A stretch of 49,891 bases of DNA, the filler included, from Bipalium vagum (lineage: Eukaryota): the NCBI GenBank assembly GCA_037834085.1. It is 3 parts of 3 records of this genome, joined end to end, with 100 filler letters (N's around TTAATTAATTAA, not from the genome) between each part and the next. Parts side by side here need not be neighbours in the genome. Positions count along the whole stretch, not along the records: positions 32,280 to 49,891 come from JBBMKC010058755.1; 2 more parts are not named here. One strand, given 5' to 3'. Numbering within the stretch: the first letter of the stretch is position 1; the number at the start of each line of letters is the position of its first letter. A program made the position numbers and the translations under genes. Positions 43,638-49,891 of the stretch are shown here, one piece after another. The notes under the pieces are model-generated. The model was not told the DNA's origin, ran no database searches, and saw only the letters and a list, made by a program, of their open reading frames with translations.

Positions 43638-44179
43638 TTAAGTGTCTTTTCTAGGTATATTTTATTTTAAGTTTTTAGGATGTTGTTTTTTTATTGGTGT
43701 TCTTTTGTCAAATTATGATTTTTTAATGATTTTTAAGTCACCAATAGTCAAAGTAATAAATATTTAATATTAATAGATCGGAAATTTTCTAATTCAAATT
43801 TAATTCAGTCCTGTGAAAGAGGAGATAAAATTTAAATTAGTTTTCTTTAAATTTAAATGATTATAGGATTTAATTGACTATTGATTTTAATAAATTCTTA
43901 TTGATTTAAAGTTTCTTATTAAATTGATGAATTAATCTTGTTTTTCATGTTGTTTTATGTTTTGACTTTTTTAATAATTTATGTTATAAAGCATTAACTT
44001 TATCTATATTCCAAAAGTTCTTCACACAATCATGTATGATAATAGGCAATAAAAAGAAAAGGAAATCAAATATATCACAGTTTCACAAGATTTTCATTTG
44101 CAAGAAGTGCGAAAGATGATAAAAGAATGATAACCAGACGACGACAAATTCGGTGAGTATGGTGGATAAGGCAGGATTT

Positions 44180-44340
44180 TATATCCTAAATTATCCAAGT
44201 TAATGATCCAAAGCACACCAGCAAAAAAGCAAAAATGTGGCTACAATTTAATTAAAATGAAGTTCTTGAGTGGCCAGAGCAACCACCTGATCTCAATCAT
44301 ATTGAGAATTTGTGGAAGGATATTAAGAAAAAGATATTCT
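44180..44340 (+). mobile_element. Tc1 DD34E catalytic relic
   Basis: [43 protein letters not shown]. Confidence 0.85.
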
Positions 44341-44362
44341 ACTGTTCTAATTCCTCCAAGAA

Positions 44363-44640
44363 GGCTTTGCTGATGTTTGGGATTTTTGTCATGCATAAAT
44401 AAATATTTATCTTTTCCAGGATATCCTTATAAACATTTGTCATTTTTCCTTCTATTTTGTGAAATTGGAAAACATTTTCTCCGCCAAAGCAATCATAAAC
44501 ACTAATGGAACAACTTCAGAACTTTGCTGTAGGCAGTAAACAAATTTCTTTATACATTTCAGCAGAAAATCTTCAAAAGAAATCTTCTAATAATATATAA
44601 GGCAACGATTTTGTTCAGTAATCCACTGAAGGAAAAGAAT
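44363..44640 (-). mobile_element. Tc1 catalytic relic, opposite orientation
   Basis: SISVYDCFGGENVFQFHKIEGKMTNVYKDILEK..YLFMHDKNPKH. Confidence 0.7.
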
Positions 44641-47600
44641 ATGTTTAAAGTACTATAAATCTGACATTGAAAAATTATCAGTTTTTGCCACAATCAATTT
44701 TGCGTAGGAAGATTTCTTTTATCTGAGTCAATGAATAATTACATAGTTAGGTTCAGTCTTATTTTAGCTTTAGGAATATGCTTCAACAGGATTTTTCAAC
44801 GGGTTTCATCGAGTTAGGAAATTCCTAGGCGACCTAACAGGCCTATCGGACGACCAAGAGACTCGTTGACTTTTCCGATGAGAAAAATAATCTTGTACTT
44901 TTATTTTTCTTTAAATAATAGTTTCTATTTTTAAACATTAATAACTTTATATTATTAATTTAATTTTGTGTTTAGACATTAACATTATATTGTGGAAGTC
45001 GGAACAGTCATTACCAAAAAGAAAAAATCGATTTAATGATATCATTATACAGTTATATTCATTTTTAAAATACTGAAATAATAATAATAATAACGCGAAT
45101 AAAAAGTTTTAAAAATAAATAAAATACTTTTGGCATACCCATTTAAAACTAAAAAGGTAAGCGATCCGTTGGAATGGAATATCTAAATAAAATACAATTT
45201 CTGATAATCCTCGAGTCGAGTTCTGGGGATCTAAAAGAAAAATAAAACCAAGAATAATAAAAAAAGAGGTACATAAGATCTGTCAGTCGATCACTGAAAA
45301 TGTACACGCCAATAATGTAAAAATAATATAAAATCAAAACTTGCTAGTCAAGCTCTGAGGATCTGAAAATATGTCAATAAAAATAAGTGTTATCTGAAAA
45401 CGGTCTAACAACCCATAAAAACAATAATATTAAAACATATAATAATATATAATGATTAATAATAAAATAATATGATAAAATAAGAATAAATAAATAAATG
45501 GAAAAAAAGATGTCAACAAAAATGAAAATATTAATAACATAGAGATACTAATAATAATAAATACATAATTACGTCATTATTAAGATAAACAATAATTGAC
45601 AAATGACAACATACTAGAATAATTGACAAGATCAATATGACATCAACATGTATAAGCAGAAGAAAAAATAGTCTATATATTCAAGGGAAATAACTGAAAG
45701 AAAAATAACAATAAAAAATTTTATTTAAGGAAAAATTTCAAGAGTTTATTAAAACTCAATTTAGTCAAGAAAAATCAATTGTAAGTAATTATCACAAGTC
45801 ACTATTATAATTAAATTAAATACATAGTATGTGAATAATATTTCCAGCTTCTGCTTTTATTTAATATCCTCCAGATTCTCCCTTTTGTGTTAATTTTACA
45901 ACATATACGATCTGGTGAACTAGTCACACCATTATAATTAACTTTGTCATTTTGAGCTTTTGATCTATTAATGTCATTTTATGCCTTGTAAAATTGTGAT
46001 TAATTCAATAAAAGTTTAATAAGAATTGTCTTCATTATTTTGTGATCGGTACACTACCTTCATATTCAAATAGGAGTCAGATAAAATGTCTAATCAATCT
46101 CATGCATTCAAAAACTTAACAACATTTTGATTGACATTAATTGATTAAAATTATATAAATTTGATTATATCTTTTAGTGTAATCTGATCGATTTTTCTTG
46201 ATCATAGTTTTTAATAAAATAAAGTTTATTGTGATTATTTTTGATTCCTTGCGAGTAATTGGAGGTAAAGAACATTGTGGTTATTTTTGATTCACGGTAT
46301 TAAAATAAAGTTTATTTATAATGTATGAATGGAGTAGTGATACTAAACAGAAAGAGTGTGATATGAGTAAAATGTTTCAGTTTCTACTGTGAGATAATTG
46401 ACACATATCTCCACCACAAGAAACAGCATTATATTTGGGTCAACTACCAATGGGCCTGACTGATAATTCAAGGACTGATTCTTATATCCATTAAGGGTGA
46501 CAGCAATTATTTCCTATTCTCTTTGTTTTCTTTGTGTTAACAACATATTCAATAATTTTTTTTGAATTTTATGGATTTTCATTAATTGACTCTAGTCTGT
46601 CGACCTGGTTTTGAAGCCTTTCAAAGAAACAATAATCTAACATTTTCTTGTATATTGTGTAACTCATTCAAATAGTGGGTGATTTTGTGAGTGTTACTGA
46701 TTTGAAGTGTGTATCATCAATAAAAAATTTGTCTCAGATTTATGATTTTTTATAAGATTTTTACAAAGGTAAAACGCAACCATTGATGAAAGGGTCAGAA
46801 TAAACATTGGTTAAATATTAAATATTTAACAAAATAATAAAGAAAGAACATTTGTGAACCTTCGCCAACTATATCGAATAAATTCAGAAATTTATCAAAA
46901 ATTAAATTAAATGTATCCATATTCTAAATTACACGGAATAAATGGACAACTGTTATTATTCAATAATTGCTTCAGTTTATGAAGTCATTAAATATTCTTC
47001 ATGAGAATAATTAATATTTAATAATATTGAGAATTGTGAAGATCAAGGATTGAAAGAAAAGCTAGTAAAATATCACAACTTATTATTTTTTTATATATTA
47101 ATATTAAACTAGTTATATTAATAAAATGAATAACAATAAAATAACTATTCTAGTGTTTTCATAATAATTAATAATTAATATTTTTTTATTAAATTTAAAT
47201 TCTTTTGAATAGTCTACATAAAGAATATCAAAGGATTTTGTAACACCTTATACACATGACATAAAAATATGAAGATGATTTGGTTGGAAATCCGAAATGA
47301 AGTGTAGGCATTTTAATATTTGGTCAATTTTAATCAAAGTGGTTTTTATTTATTTTGAAATGAACCAAGAAAAAGTCAAGTGTCTCATATTGATTAAATT
47401 CATTGGAATCAGACCTTATTACTGTACGGAATTTCATTAATCTTCCTTCGAAATTCCATATATTAATTTCATAACTGTCAAAGACAGATTTGATTAATTA
47501 ATTATTTCACAATGCATGAAAAATATTTACATTTCGTAATTTTATAAATTAAGCTTATTATATTAAAATAGATGAGAGAAATCGTTAGAATTGTATTCTT

Positions 47601-47669
47601 TTAATTATTGGCTAATAAAGATATAATAGGAATATTTCATCTGATGGTTTTAAGGGTTGAGCATGAAAA

Positions 47670-48000
47670 TGAAACACAATGATTTTAATTTTTCACTTGG
47701 AAAAAGATTTATTAAGCCAACTTACAAGAAATTAATAAATCACTTGGAGATGAACTGGTCAAAATTATTTTCAAAGTTCTTAAAGGTCTTGGAATTCTTC
47801 ACATCATGAAATTTTTGTAGAACCTGAAAAAAGTGCAAATCAAAAAGTGGTAAACTCATGAATATGCTGACCTATACAGTTGTTTTCATACTAGTTCAGT
47901 AATTCTTAGCTGTTTCATCAAAAACGCACGGGATTCGCATTATCGATGCAGAATAAATCTCACGGGTATAAAACGGAGGGGTTTTCATTGATTACAGATT
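47670..48000 (-). mobile_element. Decayed mariner C-terminal relic
   Basis: Broken frames ILH..DNANP..RSAYS..FDLHFFRF..NFENNFDQFISK..GLINLFSK* follow the mariner HDNARPH..YSPD..DFHLF..W order. Confidence 0.5.
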
Positions 48001-49789
48001 TTAATTAATCAAAATTTTATTAAAAGTTCAAGAAATTTAAAGCCTATCTTTGTGAAAAGTATCCTCCTTAATAAGCAAAAATTTATTTTGTAGAAACGAA
48101 ACTCTTTCGAGGTAGATTTGCATTCTCACCATCAAAAAGGATTAGTAAAACAGAGAGTATAATATTAGATAATAAGGATTGTAGATATAATAAGCGTAGA
48201 TTCTTATTTGGGGTAGTGTGAGAATAAAAGAACGAATTAGAGAGACTTAAGTACATATAAACGTGGTTTAAGTATAAATTATATGATTCGTGGATTGGTT
48301 TTTTAATAAATAAATTAGATAAAATATTAATTTGCTTTTTAGTTAGACATAGTTTCTTAACTGCTGTGTCATTTTTTGGGTTCTCTTGTACATATATTTG
48401 CTTAGCATGAAAATGTAACACCTTCCACTTGATTTTCAATGTTTAATTATAGTATATTTATTAATAGAATATAAACTCATCTCTTAATTCTTACTATTTT
48501 TTAAAACTAAATTTCCTTAAATTTATGTATGAAGGAAAGAATTAAGAGTGAGAATAAAGTTTAGACTAATGGGAACAGTTTGAGCAATATTTTTCATATT
48601 ACTGGAAAATAGTTCAAATAATATAAAACAAACTATATCATAATAAATCAAAATTATAATTTAAACAATTTATCTATTTTTCTTCTTTGTTAACATGTTT
48701 AAAAATGTAAGCCAAAATAAAAAAGAAATTATTTTAATATTTGGAGAGCTCCCTTGATAATTTGATTTCATAAATGAAATCTCAGAACTAAATTAAAAAA
48801 ATGAATTCGTTAAATTTTAATAGGGCTTTAATGTGATTTTGGGCAATAAAATCATAATATAAAATTCATACTTCTTATTTGAAAGAAATCTGAAGAAAAT
48901 TTCATTATATAGAAATAATAATCGAATAAATAAAAGAAAGCCTTTTTAAAAATATTTCTTTTGTCATCGCTATCTTGACACAATAATAACTGGCCCAAGA
49001 TCTGTTCTTGAAATGTTATGAGATAATCAAAGCAAAAGCTGTTTTATTAAGACAATCTTAAGTTAGTTTCGAAACTCACATAATTATCACCAAAGTCAAA
49101 TTTTCGTATTACGTAGAAATATAAAGTAAAATTGCGTAAATAAATTAGTTAAAAACATAAATATGATTCAATTGAAATTAGGTAAATTATAATTAAAAAA
49201 ATATCAAGTAGCAGAAAATCAATATGTATTATATAAATTCAAAGTTGTTATTCATTAAAACAAAATAAGAATTAGGAAAAATTTAAGTTTAATATTGTTT
49301 TAGATGAAAGAAATTTGCAATTAAATAAAATAAATTGAATGTTAGAGAATTATTTTGGAGCAATATATAACATTTCTTATAACATCTTATTTTATTTTAC
49401 AACGATTATTTTTTCAACATTTCAAAATCCTCCTTTGAAAGAACAATGGCATTTTTAAAAAAAAGAAGCCTTATATACAATTATACAATAATTGGTAATA
49501 ATTTTTGTGTTCCAGATATAAATTATTATAGATATTTACACTTATTAAATTTTATACTTAATATTGATTTTCTTTTATTCGTTTTTAAAATTAACGTAAG
49601 ATTGACTGCTGTCGTCAATCAAAAATGTTAAATGAAATTTATGGGATAAGAATAAGAGAAATAATTGGTCTAAAAGCCCTAAAGGCAATGAATATCATAT
49701 TTAAGTATATAAATAAATATAATTTTTAAAATATTCAGCTGAATTTCAGATATTTTTAAAATTGAATAAATTATAGATACATTATTTAG

Positions 49790-49891
49790 TTAATGATAAT
49801 GATAATAATAATAATAATAATAATAAGAATAATAATAATAAGAATAAATATTAAAAATAATAATAGTAATAAAAAATAATATAAGAATAAA
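49790..49891. repeat. Degenerate (AAT)n low-complexity tract
   Basis: Read directly. Confidence 0.8.

Noticed and set aside
40597-49631. Short F/I/L/K/N-rich ORFs (40597, 43116, 43439, 45149, 48083, 49446 and similar elsewhere)
   Set aside because: Composition expected from AT-rich non-coding DNA or repeats; no recognisable motifs or splice structure.

Overview
Very AT-rich invertebrate animal genomic DNA (spliceosomal GT-AG introns, many only 43-64 nt; abundant AAT/ATT microsatellites). It is not prokaryotic, so most entries in the ORF track are exon fragments, transposon relics or noise. Three host genes can be read by hand. (1) A complete 14-exon COE (collier/Olf-1/EBF/unc-3) transcription factor gene on the minus strand (5984-1527, 571 aa). 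(2) The 3' part of a Castor/CASZ1 zinc-finger gene on the plus strand (33866-35652), with extra C-terminal Castor-type fingers and an AT-hook; its 5' exons were not found. (3) A 2-exon TMEM86/YhhN lysoplasmalogenase (39759-40521, 239 aa). The remaining space holds decayed DNA transposons (mariner, Tc1, a DD41D-like element, pogo/Tc2, a piggyBac MITE), Penelope-like retroelement relics, a non-LTR RT fragment and a tRNA-Ala-derived pseudogene or SINE head. One Penelope relic ends in a minimal hammerhead-ribozyme core. Two artificial 100-nt N44-TTAATTAATTAA-N44 spacers and one 220-N gap interrupt the window, so long-range linkage is uncertain. The leads most worth checking are a cluster of COE-type binding sites upstream of the COE gene itself, the head-to-head COE/Castor arrangement, the long Castor architecture and the Penelope hammerheads. 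All family assignments are from motif recall, not database searches.
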